64,000 nucleotides of DNA from an uncultured Dehalococcoidales bacterium (GTDB lineage: Bacteria > Chloroflexota > UBA6077 > FW602-bin22), in the NCBI GenBank assembly GCA_964536925.1, contig CAZHZF010000007.1:5237-69236 (forward strand), given 5' to 3'. The notes below the pieces were generated by a model. The model saw nothing but the letters and a program-made list of their open reading frames with translations, was not told the DNA's origin and did not search any database. The position numbers were made by a program, and so were the translations under genes. Shown here one piece after another: positions 26,837 to 35,194 of this stretch. Each line of letters opens with the position of its first letter. The stretch's first letter is position 1.

Positions 26837-27721
26837 TCAGCCGCCGAACGGCAGGCGCCGGGTCCCGTGGTCGCGCAGGTGAACGAGCGTCGCCTCCATC
26901 CCGGTGCGCCGCGCGCCGCTGATGGTTTCCTCGGCGCGACGGGCCAGGTGGTCCCCGATGTGGAGCAACTGGTCCTCGAGTTCCGTGCGCTGACTGGGCA
27001 GGATCGGCGGGCTGTTCACGGTCATCTCCGCGTGGATGCGGAAGATGCCGTGCGTCGTGGTGAGTCCGAGTCCGGAATCGTCCGCAATGTACCCGATGCG
27101 GGCGGGCATGCCGATGACGCTCACGCTCTTCGAGCGCAGGGGATACGACTTGGCCAGTTCACCGCTCGCGGTCGCGGCCTGTTCGGCATTCGCATGGCGG
27201 ATCATCGTCACGTTGACCGCCTCAACCAGGCGACGCAGCGTGGTCGCGGCAATGAGCGGTGTGTACTCGGCCTGCACGCCGGGACGGCCGGTGCTCGGCG
27301 CGAACTTCCATTCCTCGACCTCTGGCCACTCGAATGGAGGAGCATCGGCGACCACGCCGGCGTTCAGCCGCGTCGGATCGATGGGTTGAATCACGACCGG
27401 GGCGGAGGTCGGTCGCGCGAGCACCGTCGGTGTTGCCAGCCGGGCCCTCACCACTGCCGGCGCGGGTGCGACCTGGGCGCTGACGATCAGGCCGCCGGCG
27501 AGGATCGTGAGGAGGAGCACGGGCGTGAAGACGGCGACGATGAAGATGTCACGACGGCGGCGGAGTTCGACACGGGTGAGCGGGACATTCGGCGCTTCGG
27601 CGGGAAGCGAGAGATTGCCCAGGTCCAGCGCCGCCGCGGGATCGAAGGCGTCCTCGATCGGCGGCCTGGGAGCAGGCCGCCCGCGTCCACGCCGCGCCGG
27701 CGGCCGTCCCCTACGCGCCAA
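26837..27721 (-). CDS. hypothetical single-pass membrane protein
   Basis: TTG start at 27721 is preceded by GAGGAG about 9 nt upstream. It has an Arg/Pro-rich N-terminus, a TM helix (IFIVAVFTPVLLLTILAGGLIV) and a 200-aa external domain of unknown family. Confidence 0.65.
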   Translation of the reverse strand: MARRGRPPARRGRGRPAPRPPIEDAFDPAAALDLGNLSLPAEAPNVPLTRVELRRRRDIFIVAVFTPVLLLTILAGGLIVSAQVAPAPAVVRARLATPTVLARPTSAPVVIQPIDPTRLNAGVVADAPPFEWPEVEEWKFAPSTGRPGVQAEYTPLIAATTLRRLVEAVNVTMIRHANAEQAATASGELAKSYPLRSKSVSVIGMPARIGYIADDSGLGLTTTHGIFRIHAEMTVNSPPILPSQRTELEDQLLHIGDHLARRAEETISGARRTGMEATLVHLRDHGTRRLPFGG

Positions 27722-27885
27722 GGCGAGGTCTCCTCACGTTCTCCCAACGTCGCGCTACGCCAGCCGGAGCCGTAAGATCACGCACGTGCTGGAGCCCGTT
27801 CACGCGCTCGCCATCGCGCTCTTCGCGATCTGCCTGCTCGGGACGCTGTACCTCACAATGATCCGCCGCACCGAGCCTGACTGAT

Positions 27886-28125
27886 TCAGTGGGCCGGCGC
27901 CGCCAGAGGGACGCGCCCGGTCGCGGCGGGACGGCTCGCATCCAGCGCTCCACGGACGATGGCCGGCAGGCACGACTCGCAGAGCGGCACCCGGAACCCG
28001 GCCGCGGTCGTGAAGACCAGGCACGAGCGCCATCGTGTGCACGCATAGCAGGCCGTCTGCTGGAGATCGACACCATCTCCCCCGGGAACCGTGGGCCGGC
28101 CGGAGTCCGTGCTGGAGAGTGGAAT
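27886..28125 (-). CDS. candidate small zinc-ribbon protein (no canonical start codon; not in ORF track)
   Basis: The minus frame is open over 27889-28188 (100 codons, GC3 about 80% versus about 70% for the listed plus-strand ORF). It encodes CYAC-x19-CESC (…QQTACYACTRWRSCLVFTTAAGFRVPLCESCLPAIVRGALD…). There is no in-frame ATG/GTG/TTG before the first CxxC. An ATT at 28125 sits 7 nt after GGAGG (28133-28137). Confidence 0.3.
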   Translation of the reverse strand: MPLSSTDSGRPTVPGGDGVDLQQTACYACTRWRSCLVFTTAAGFRVPLCESCLPAIVRGALDASRPAATGRVPLAAPAH

Positions 28126-28193
28126 GTCGTCGCCTCCGGCGGAATCGTGGTGCCTATGGTGACAGGTCGTGCCGGCCCGCGCAAGGGATTAGA

Positions 28194-28535
28194 GTGAATC
28201 TCGTGCTCGTCCCGATCGTGGTGATCCTGCTCCTGCTGGCGCTCCTCGCCGCGGGCATGGCCATGGCATTCTGGTCGATGGCCATCGTGATGAAGCTGGT
28301 GATGTCCGGCTTCATCGGCGGCCTCGCGGATGCCGCCGTACCCGGTCGCCTGCCCTATGGACCTCTTGGCGCGGTCGCCGCGGGTATCGTCGGCGGATTC
28401 GTCGGGAGCGCGCTGCTCCCGACGCTGGGGCCACCGCTTTTCGGCGTGGAGATCGTGCCCACGTTTCTCGGCGCGCTCGCGGTTGTCGGTCTCTTCGAGG
28501 TCTTCGCGAACACGCGGAGTCGCGCCGAGCCGTAG
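28194..28535 (+). CDS. GlsB/YeaQ/YmgE family (transglycosylase-associated) small membrane protein
   Basis: ORF 28035-28535. GTG 28194 begins VNLVLVPIVVILLLLALLAAG...SGFIGGLADAAVPGRLPYGPLGAVAAGIVGGFVGSAL, the typical Gly-rich three-helix pattern of this family. Confidence 0.8.
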   Translation: MNLVLVPIVVILLLLALLAAGMAMAFWSMAIVMKLVMSGFIGGLADAAVPGRLPYGPLGAVAAGIVGGFVGSALLPTLGPPLFGVEIVPTFLGALAVVGLFEVFANTRSRAEP

Positions 28536-28544
28536 CTCTCCGAC

Positions 28545-29669
28545 CTAGACGAGCGCCATCTCCCGGTCGGGTGCGGCCGGCCCGGCGGCCGTTTCACCGT
28601 CGATGCCGAGGATGAACCGCTCGACACGTTCCCGCGCGATCTCATCTCGCATCTGCTCCGGAGGCGACTTCATGAAATAGGCGGACGGCCCCGTGAGCGT
28701 GCCGGAGATGCCTCGATCCATCGCCAGCTTGCAGCAGCGAAGGGCGTCGATGACGACTCCGGCGGAGTTCGGCGAGTCCCAGACCTCAAGCTTCAACTCC
28801 GCATTGAGCGGGACGTTGCCAAAGGTCGTGCCCTCGACGCGGATGTAGCACCACTTTCGGTCGTCGAGCCACGGCACGTGATCGGACGGCCCGACGTGCA
28901 CCTGCTGCGCCGGCAGGGGAACATCCAGCTGGCTCGTCACGGCGTTGGTCTTGGAGATCTTCTTCGACTCGAGGCGATCCCGTTCGAGCATGTTGAGGAA
29001 GTCGGTGTTCCCTCCGAAGTTCAACTGATACGTCCGATCGATCCGCACGCCGCGATCGGCGAACAGACGCGCGAGCATGCGATGCACGATGGTGGCGCCG
29101 ACCTGGCTCTTGATGTCGTCGCCCACGATCGGGACCCCCGCCTCGACGAAGCGGCGCTGCCACTCCGCCTGGCTGGCGATGAACACGGGGATGCAATTCA
29201 CCATCCCGCATCGCGCACTGAGAATTTGCTCGACATAAAACCTGGTGGCCGCCTCCGATCCCACCGGAAGGTAACTGACCACCACATCGGTCTCGGTCTC
29301 ACGCAGCACCCGCGCGATGTCGACTCCGGGCCCATCGAGGGGGCGCACGAGATCCTCGGTGTATCGGCCCACGCCATCCAGACGGGCACCCTGCTGGACT
29401 GGAACTCCGAGGTGCGGCACATCGGCGAAACGAGCCGTGTTGTTCGGCGCGGCGAAGATCGCCTCGGATAGGTCCAGTCCCACCTTGCCCCGATCGACGT
29501 CGAAGGCGCAGGAGAACTCGATGTCACCGATGTGATACGGGCCGAGACGGGCATGCATCAGGCCCGGGATCGGCTGATCCTCCGGCGCCTCGCGGTAGAA
29601 CGTGACACCCTGCACGAGCGATGACGCGCAGTTGCCCACACCGATGATGCCTACACGAAGTCGTGGCAC
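28545..29669 (-). CDS. ino1: myo-inositol-1-phosphate (inositol-3-phosphate) synthase
   Basis: ORF 28545-29960. GTG 29669 is preceded by GGAGG. It contains [54 protein letters not shown] and [14 protein letters not shown], characteristic of bacterial/archaeal MIPS at about 374 aa. Confidence 0.9.
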   Translation of the reverse strand: MPRLRVGIIGVGNCASSLVQGVTFYREAPEDQPIPGLMHARLGPYHIGDIEFSCAFDVDRGKVGLDLSEAIFAAPNNTARFADVPHLGVPVQQGARLDGVGRYTEDLVRPLDGPGVDIARVLRETETDVVVSYLPVGSEAATRFYVEQILSARCGMVNCIPVFIASQAEWQRRFVEAGVPIVGDDIKSQVGATIVHRMLARLFADRGVRIDRTYQLNFGGNTDFLNMLERDRLESKKISKTNAVTSQLDVPLPAQQVHVGPSDHVPWLDDRKWCYIRVEGTTFGNVPLNAELKLEVWDSPNSAGVVIDALRCCKLAMDRGISGTLTGPSAYFMKSPPEQMRDEIARERVERFILGIDGETAAGPAAPDREMALV

Positions 29670-29690
29670 TCGAGCCTCCGGAAACAAGAA

Positions 29691-29704
29691 TCTACGCGTG
29701 TAGA
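29691..29704. promoter_or_regulatory. candidate LacI-family operator (14-bp palindrome TCTACGCGTGTAGA, central CG)
   Basis: 6 of 7 half-site pairs are complementary. It is located 22 nt upstream of the ino1 GTG and 39 nt upstream of the divergent LacI-family gene. Confidence 0.4.
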
Positions 29705-29742
29705 GTAGCGCGTCGAGGCACCGTGCGCCACCATTCACCCCT

Positions 29743-30732
29743 GTGACGGTCACCCGGAACGACGTCGCCCGACGCGCCGGCGTGTCTACCGCGGTCGTGT
29801 CGTACGTCGTCAATGAAGGGCCGCGCCCCGTCAGCGCCGAGAAGCGCGCCCGGGTCCTGCGGGCGATCGCCGATCTCGGATACCGCCGCGACCGCGTCGC
29901 CGCCGCCCTCTCCTCCCAGCGCAGCGACATCATTGGCCTCCTCGTGCCGGACGCGACCAACCCGTTTTTCGCCGACCTCGCCCGGCAGATCGAGGATTAC
30001 GCCTTCGCGCGTGGGGTGACGGTGCTGATCGGCAACTCGGCGGAGGAGCGCGACCGCGAGGCCCGCCACATCGAGGCGTTCTTGAGCCATCGCGTCGATG
30101 GGGTGATCGCGGCGCTCGCGGACGTAGACGCGCCCCTACCAGAGGCTCTGCAAACCCACCGCGACCGCGTCGTCCTCGTCGATCGGGTGCCGGCCACGTG
30201 GAACGGCCGATCGATCGCGATCGATAACAGCCACGGTGGTTGGCTTGCCGGCCGCCATCTGAACCTCTGCGGTCGCACCCGCATCGCCATCCTGGCCGGA
30301 CCGCGCGGCTTCCGGCACGTCGAGGATCGTGTCTCCGGGTGCCGGAGCGGCCTGGGACCTGCCGCGAAGGTCTCGGTGATCGCCGCGGACGGGTTCACGT
30401 TTCGCGACGGCGTCGAAGCGATGCGACGCGCAGCCGGCGGCACGCCCGATGCGATCTTCTGCCTCACCGATGCGCTGGCGATCGGCGCCCTCGCCGCGAT
30501 CGAGGAGCGGGGCTGGCACGTCCCGCGCGACGTCGCTGTCGTCGGATACGACGATGTAACCCTCGCCGAGATCGCGCGTCCGCGCCTGACGACGGTCCGA
30601 CAGCCTATTGCCGAGATCGCACGGCAGGCCCTCGCGCTGTTGCTGGAACCGGGCGCCGGGCGTACCGTGGTTCTGAGGCCCGATCTGGTCGTACGCGAAT
30701 CGACCGCCCGTACCGTCGGGTCGGCACCGTGA
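29743..30732 (+). CDS. LacI family transcriptional regulator
   Basis: It has the N-terminal [51 protein letters not shown] followed by a periplasmic-binding-fold effector domain. Confidence 0.9.
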   Translation: MTVTRNDVARRAGVSTAVVSYVVNEGPRPVSAEKRARVLRAIADLGYRRDRVAAALSSQRSDIIGLLVPDATNPFFADLARQIEDYAFARGVTVLIGNSAEERDREARHIEAFLSHRVDGVIAALADVDAPLPEALQTHRDRVVLVDRVPATWNGRSIAIDNSHGGWLAGRHLNLCGRTRIAILAGPRGFRHVEDRVSGCRSGLGPAAKVSVIAADGFTFRDGVEAMRRAAGGTPDAIFCLTDALAIGALAAIEERGWHVPRDVAVVGYDDVTLAEIARPRLTTVRQPIAEIARQALALLLEPGAGRTVVLRPDLVVRESTARTVGSAP

Positions 30733-30744
30733 TAACGTGACGCG

Positions 30745-31509
30745 ATGCGGCTGATCGATCGGGTTCACCTCGTCGGCAGCGGCCGGCTGGGCTTCGGACT
30801 GACCGATGACTGCGACTCCCACGTGTACGCCGTGGATGGCGGCGCCGAGATCGCCCTGATCGACGCAGGCGGGGGCCGCGCGACGAGGCGGATCATCGAC
30901 CATCTCGTGGCAGACGGCCTCGATCCCGCTCGGGTGCGATCGATCGTCCTGACCCACGCGCACGGCGATCATGCCGCGGGCGCGAGTCCCATGCGCGCGG
31001 CCCTGGCGGAGATCGCGGGCACCGCGCCGCGGGTGATCGCGAGTCGGGACTGCGCGATGTGGATCGAGCAGGGCGACGAGTCGGCGATCTCGCTGGTCCA
31101 GGCGCGTGCCGCGGGGGTGTATCCGGCGGACTTCACCTTCCCGCCGTGTCCGGTCGATCGGGCTGTGACCGGTGGCGACCGCATCGGCGTCGGCGACCTG
31201 ACGCTCCGCGCGGTCGAGACCCCGGGACACGCGCGGGGGCACCTCTCCTTCCTCATGGCGACCGCGTCGCGCGTCTGTCTATTCGCCGGCGACGCCCTGT
31301 TCTACGGCGGCAGAGTCGCGCTCCAGAATATCTGGGACTGCTCGCCCACCGAGAGCGCGGCCTCCATCGAGCGGCTCCACGCGCTGGAGTGGGACGCGTT
31401 CTTCCCGGGCCATCTCTCGTTCAGCGTCCGCGACGGGCATCGTCACGCCGACGCGGCGATGGAAGCGATCCGCCGCCTCGGCATGCCATCGCCGCTCATT
31501 CCCGCCTGA
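30745..31509 (+). CDS. MBL-fold metallo-hydrolase
   Basis: LTHAHGDHAAGA (HxHxDH) and TPGHARGHLSF. Confidence 0.85.
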   Translation: MRLIDRVHLVGSGRLGFGLTDDCDSHVYAVDGGAEIALIDAGGGRATRRIIDHLVADGLDPARVRSIVLTHAHGDHAAGASPMRAALAEIAGTAPRVIASRDCAMWIEQGDESAISLVQARAAGVYPADFTFPPCPVDRAVTGGDRIGVGDLTLRAVETPGHARGHLSFLMATASRVCLFAGDALFYGGRVALQNIWDCSPTESAASIERLHALEWDAFFPGHLSFSVRDGHRHADAAMEAIRRLGMPSPLIPA

Positions 31510-32185
31510 AGGGTTCCTCGAGCCGCCTGAACACTGCCTCCAGCTCGGCGAACCGATCGACAACCGCGATCGCGCCGGCCGCGCTCAGAGCCTCTCGGGT
31601 GGAGGCTCCGTGGGCGATACCGATCGAATGCACACCAGCCGCCACAGCCATGGCGATATCGTGGACGCTATCCCCGACGAGGATGGCATCGTCGGCGCGC
31701 GCCCCGGCGCGCGTCAGAGCGAGATCGGCGATGTCGGGCGCGGGTTTGCCGCGGGCAACCTCGTCTCCGCCCACCAGGAGGTCAATCGCCTCCGTGAGGC
31801 GGCAATGGTCGATCACCCGCCGCGCGACCGCGACGTTCTTGCTGGTTGCCACCCCGATGCCGATCCCCGCGCGCCTCCAGGCGCGAAGGTTCTCCGCCAC
31901 GTCGGCGAAAGCGGTGGTCCGTGGGAGGGCGATCTCGTCGAAGATCGCCCGGTAGGTGACGATCACCTCGGCGATCGCGGTCTCCGATGTCCCCTCGGGA
32001 AGGGAGCGTCGGATCATCTGGGAGAGCGGCAGGCCGATCAGCGGCGTGACCGTCTCGTCGGCGGGTTCGGGGAAGCCGTGACGCGCGCAGGCCGACCGAC
32101 ACGTCGCGCGAATGCCACCCAGGCTGTCCACGAGAGTTCCATCAAGATCGAAGAGCCGCCACCGCCGCGGCAGATGAGTCGTCAC
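31496..32185 (-). CDS. HAD family hydrolase (phosphoglycolate phosphatase-like)
   Basis: ORF 31496-32446. GTG 32185 gives VTTHLPRRWRLFDLDGTLVDS (DxDGT motif I), and later VATSKN and VGDSVHDIAMAVAAG. Confidence 0.85.
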   Translation of the reverse strand: MTTHLPRRWRLFDLDGTLVDSLGGIRATCRSACARHGFPEPADETVTPLIGLPLSQMIRRSLPEGTSETAIAEVIVTYRAIFDEIALPRTTAFADVAENLRAWRRAGIGIGVATSKNVAVARRVIDHCRLTEAIDLLVGGDEVARGKPAPDIADLALTRAGARADDAILVGDSVHDIAMAVAAGVHSIGIAHGASTREALSAAGAIAVVDRFAELEAVFRRLEEPFRRE

Positions 32186-32217
32186 GATCGTGCGAAGGGT
32201 AGGGATTCCCCTTAAGA

Positions 32218-33078
32218 GTGGGCCTGCCGATTCCGACAATGGAAGTGGGAACCCGGGCAGGCCGCGGCAGGTCGGTCCCGATGCGGAGGTCAGCGATGGT
32301 TGGTCAGTTGGGATGCGCGCAGTGCTCGCCCGAGGGGATGCTCCGAGGCTTTGGCGGCGTCGCCGCGCCGACCGTGCGCGGTGACGAGCGCGGGTCCGGC
32401 CAGGATCGCGCTCTCTCGCAGGCCGCGGTCGCCGAGATCTCGACAATGGCCCGAGAGATCTTCGCGCAGATGGAGGAGTCCGGTACGACCGATCTGTCGT
32501 TCGATCTCGAACTGGAACTGACGCGTCTGGGCGTGCATCTCGATAGCCGGGGCGTTCGCTCCGCGGACGGGCGGCAGGTCAGCATCGATCTCGCGATCGA
32601 TGCGTCCCGGCGCGTGGTGCAGACCGAGGATGGCACCTACTCGGTCAGTCGGCTGGAGATCTCCTACACGCTCGAGGACACCAGAGTCGCCCTGCGCGAG
32701 GGGCCGCCCCGCGATGTGCGGGGCGAGGTCCTGCCCCCTCCCGGCGGGCCGCCGGCATGGCTGCTTCCCCCGCGACCGGCGCCGGTGTTGATGGACAGTC
32801 TGCGCGCGCTGCTCGACTTCATCGACGCGCGGCTTCAGGGCGACGAGCCGTCCCAGGGATTCTCGCTGGCGAGCCTCGACGCGGCGGGCGGCGCCCAGTT
32901 GAATCAGTTCCTCCAGCAGATCGGGCGGTCGCTGGAGGCGCTTGGATCGCGGTCGCCGGAGCCGGCCAACGGGGCCGCCGAGTTCGAGGCATACAGCACC
33001 GAAGTGCAGGTACGGGTGCAGTCGCTGCTGATCCAGCAATCGGCCGATCGAGCGAGCGGCATCGCGGAAGCGGCGTAG
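32218..33078 (+). CDS. hypothetical protein
   Basis: Coding-like GC3 runs from about 32440 onward (MAREIFAQMEESGTTDLSFDLELELTRLGVHLD...). No family recognised and the start is uncertain (several in-frame Met). Confidence 0.5.
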   Translation: MGLPIPTMEVGTRAGRGRSVPMRRSAMVGQLGCAQCSPEGMLRGFGGVAAPTVRGDERGSGQDRALSQAAVAEISTMAREIFAQMEESGTTDLSFDLELELTRLGVHLDSRGVRSADGRQVSIDLAIDASRRVVQTEDGTYSVSRLEISYTLEDTRVALREGPPRDVRGEVLPPPGGPPAWLLPPRPAPVLMDSLRALLDFIDARLQGDEPSQGFSLASLDAAGGAQLNQFLQQIGRSLEALGSRSPEPANGAAEFEAYSTEVQVRVQSLLIQQSADRASGIAEAA

Positions 33079-33114
33079 AATCCGGCCCGCGCCGGGCGGC
33101 GCGGAGGCGATCGC

Positions 33115-34338
33115 ATGGCGCGGGTCAGGCTCGCTCTCATCGGGTGCGGTGGGATCGCGCGCGGAGCGCATCTGCGCGGGCTCTCGATGCTCCGCGGGGC
33201 CGATCTGGATCTGGCGGAAGTCGTCGCGTGTTGCGATGTCGATCGCGCCAGCGCGGAGGCGGCGGCCGCACGCGCGGCGGAGCTGGGCCTGGGTGCGCCG
33301 CGGGTCTACAGCTCCTGGGAGACGATGCTGGCCGATCGCGTCGCCGACGCGGTCGACATCTGTCTGCCGCACGGCCTCCATCACGTGGCCGGGATCGCCG
33401 CCCTGGCGGCCGGCCATCACGTGTTCGTCGAGAAGCCGTATACCGTCACGATCAAGACGGGGCGCGCACTCGCCGAGGCGGCGGATCGTGCCGGGAGGGT
33501 GCTGGCGACCGGCGTGTGCCACCGACGGATGCCGGGCCAGCGCGCCGTACAGTGGGCCTTGCACGACGGGGGGCTGATCGGCCAGCCGCGCCTCTTCTTC
33601 GCCCACTACACGCAGTGGCGGGCCCCCAACCCGAATCCCGCGCCGGCGATGCGCTGGCGGATGGATCGGGCCATGGGGGGTGGTGCCGGCGTGATCGACT
33701 CCGGATTCCACTTCCTCGATACGCTCCGGTACTTCTTCGGCGAATGCGAGCACGTATCGGCCGAACTGGGCACGCCGGCCGGGTCGCATCGGGGCGCGAT
33801 CCTGGAGGCGCGCGAGGAGACAGCTGTCATCTCGTTCCGTTTCGCCAGCGGCGTGATCGGCACCTGGGGTTGGTCGTTCGCCGTGCCCGGCCACGAGACG
33901 CGCAACATCGTCCTGTATGGCGACGAAGGGTCGATCGAAGATACCGGGTACTCCGACCGGTATGTGATCTTCCATCTGTTCATGCATCAGGGCGAGGTCC
34001 GTCGTCGGGATGGCTCCTATCTGTCCATGGGCGAACTCCAGGCGCGTTACCGCGCCGCTCTGGGTCCGGAAGGCCTCGCCCGAGTCTTCCCGGGCGGCGT
34101 CACAGATCACTTCGCGATCGAACTGTGGGACTTCCTCGATGCGGTCCAAACCGGTCGCCCGCCCGAGGTGGATGGGTGGGATGGGTTACGCACCCTCGCG
34201 ATGGTGGAGGCGATCTACGAGTCGTCTCTGACAGGTCACACCGTGCGCATCGCCGATATCCTGTCCGGCGCGACGGGCTCAGCGTGGCAGGGCGAGATCG
34301 ATCGGCACTGGGCAGACGCGGAGGCTACCGTCAAGTAG
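33115..34338 (+). CDS. Gfo/Idh/MocA family oxidoreductase
   Basis: N-terminal NAD(P) fold (VRLALIGCGGIARGAHL) and EKPYTVT motif. Confidence 0.9.
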   Translation: MARVRLALIGCGGIARGAHLRGLSMLRGADLDLAEVVACCDVDRASAEAAAARAAELGLGAPRVYSSWETMLADRVADAVDICLPHGLHHVAGIAALAAGHHVFVEKPYTVTIKTGRALAEAADRAGRVLATGVCHRRMPGQRAVQWALHDGGLIGQPRLFFAHYTQWRAPNPNPAPAMRWRMDRAMGGGAGVIDSGFHFLDTLRYFFGECEHVSAELGTPAGSHRGAILEAREETAVISFRFASGVIGTWGWSFAVPGHETRNIVLYGDEGSIEDTGYSDRYVIFHLFMHQGEVRRRDGSYLSMGELQARYRAALGPEGLARVFPGGVTDHFAIELWDFLDAVQTGRPPEVDGWDGLRTLAMVEAIYESSLTGHTVRIADILSGATGSAWQGEIDRHWADAEATVK

Positions 34339-35194
34339 TGGGGGCACCGCTCCCGGCCAGGGCGGCGGAGGGGAGAGCCTCGATTCGGACGTCGACGGCG
34401 AGGGACTCTTCCGCCAGGCCTCGATAGACGCCCCGGGTGGGGGGAACATCTCGATAATCTCGTCCCACGGCGACGCGGATGTGCTGGTCGGTAACGAGAC
34501 CTCCGCTCGTCCCGGAGAGGTTCGTGGGGTCGTAGCCGACCCACCCGTGTCCTTCGCGCCATCCTTCCGCCCAGGCGTGGGAGGCCTGACCGATCGATCC
34601 CGCCGCGCCCGGCTGACTCGCCACGTAACCGCTGACGTAGCGCGCCGGAATCCCCATCGCCCGGCAGATCGCGATCCAGAGGTGGGCGAAGTCCTGACAG
34701 ACTCCCATGCCTCGCGCGGTGATCTCCTCGATCGTCGAGTGAACGTTGGTCGTGTTCGGCGCGTAGATGAAACCTCGATGCACGAGTTCGGTAACGTGGG
34801 AGAGCGCGTCGCCACTACTCCCGCGCGCGAGCGCGGCCAGTTCGCGCACGCGGCCATTCGCCAGGATCGGGCCGTCGAAGCGCGTCATCTGAAATCGATC
34901 GGCGACGGAAAGCTCGGGGACGGAGATCGGTGCCGAGTCGCGGGGAGTGGTCTCCACCATCGCCTCGCTCGTGACCACGATCTCCCGGTGTGGGGCACGG
35001 AAGTTCCAGCTCTCCACATAGTTGCCCATGACGTCGGTGTAGCCGCGGACGGGTCCCGCGGGGATCACGGTCAGGCGATAGCTGAGGAGGCGCTGGTACT
35101 GATCATCGATGGGGCGCAGGCGCAACTCCATTGCCGTATCGGAGATCTCGTCGGAGTAGCTGAACCGGGTAGTGTGGCGCACGTGGAAACGCAT
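34331..35194 (-). CDS. transglutaminase-family protein (Bact_transglu_N + transglutaminase core)
   Basis: [28 protein letters not shown] is typical of the N-domain. The catalytic Cys context is GVCQDFAHLWIAICRAMGIPARYVSGY. ATG 35194 shares one base with the alpha-E stop (TGATG). Confidence 0.9.
   Translation of the reverse strand: MRFHVRHTTRFSYSDEISDTAMELRLRPIDDQYQRLLSYRLTVIPAGPVRGYTDVMGNYVESWNFRAPHREIVVTSEAMVETTPRDSAPISVPELSVADRFQMTRFDGPILANGRVRELAALARGSSGDALSHVTELVHRGFIYAPNTTNVHSTIEEITARGMGVCQDFAHLWIAICRAMGIPARYVSGYVASQPGAAGSIGQASHAWAEGWREGHGWVGYDPTNLSGTSGGLVTDQHIRVAVGRDYRDVPPTRGVYRGLAEESLAVDVRIEALPSAALAGSGAPTT

Noticed and set aside
27786-27884. A 32-aa hydrophobic mini-ORF (V/MLEPVHALAIALFAICLLGTLYLTMIRRTEPD) at the end of track ORF 27507-27884.
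   Set aside because: It has no Shine-Dalgarno. The upstream part of the ORF is an alternate frame of the 26837-27721 gene. A single hydrophobic stretch in GC-rich DNA is weak evidence, so it is kept only as a remote possibility.
27722-28193. A riboswitch or other structured RNA (c-di-AMP/ydaO-like, cobalamin, RNase P, tmRNA) in the 470-bp gap upstream of the GlsB-family gene.
   Set aside because: I could not find any of the conserved core sequences of these RNAs by eye. The interval instead shows codon-position GC bias on the minus strand. A covariance-model scan would be needed to exclude an RNA formally.
27889-28197. Listed ORFs 27889-28197 (+), 27711-28184 (-) and 27800-28042 (-) as real genes.
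   Set aside because: Their translations are Arg-rich and low in complexity. The plus-strand ORF has GC3 of about 70%, lower than the unlisted zinc-ribbon frame. None has a recognisable motif.
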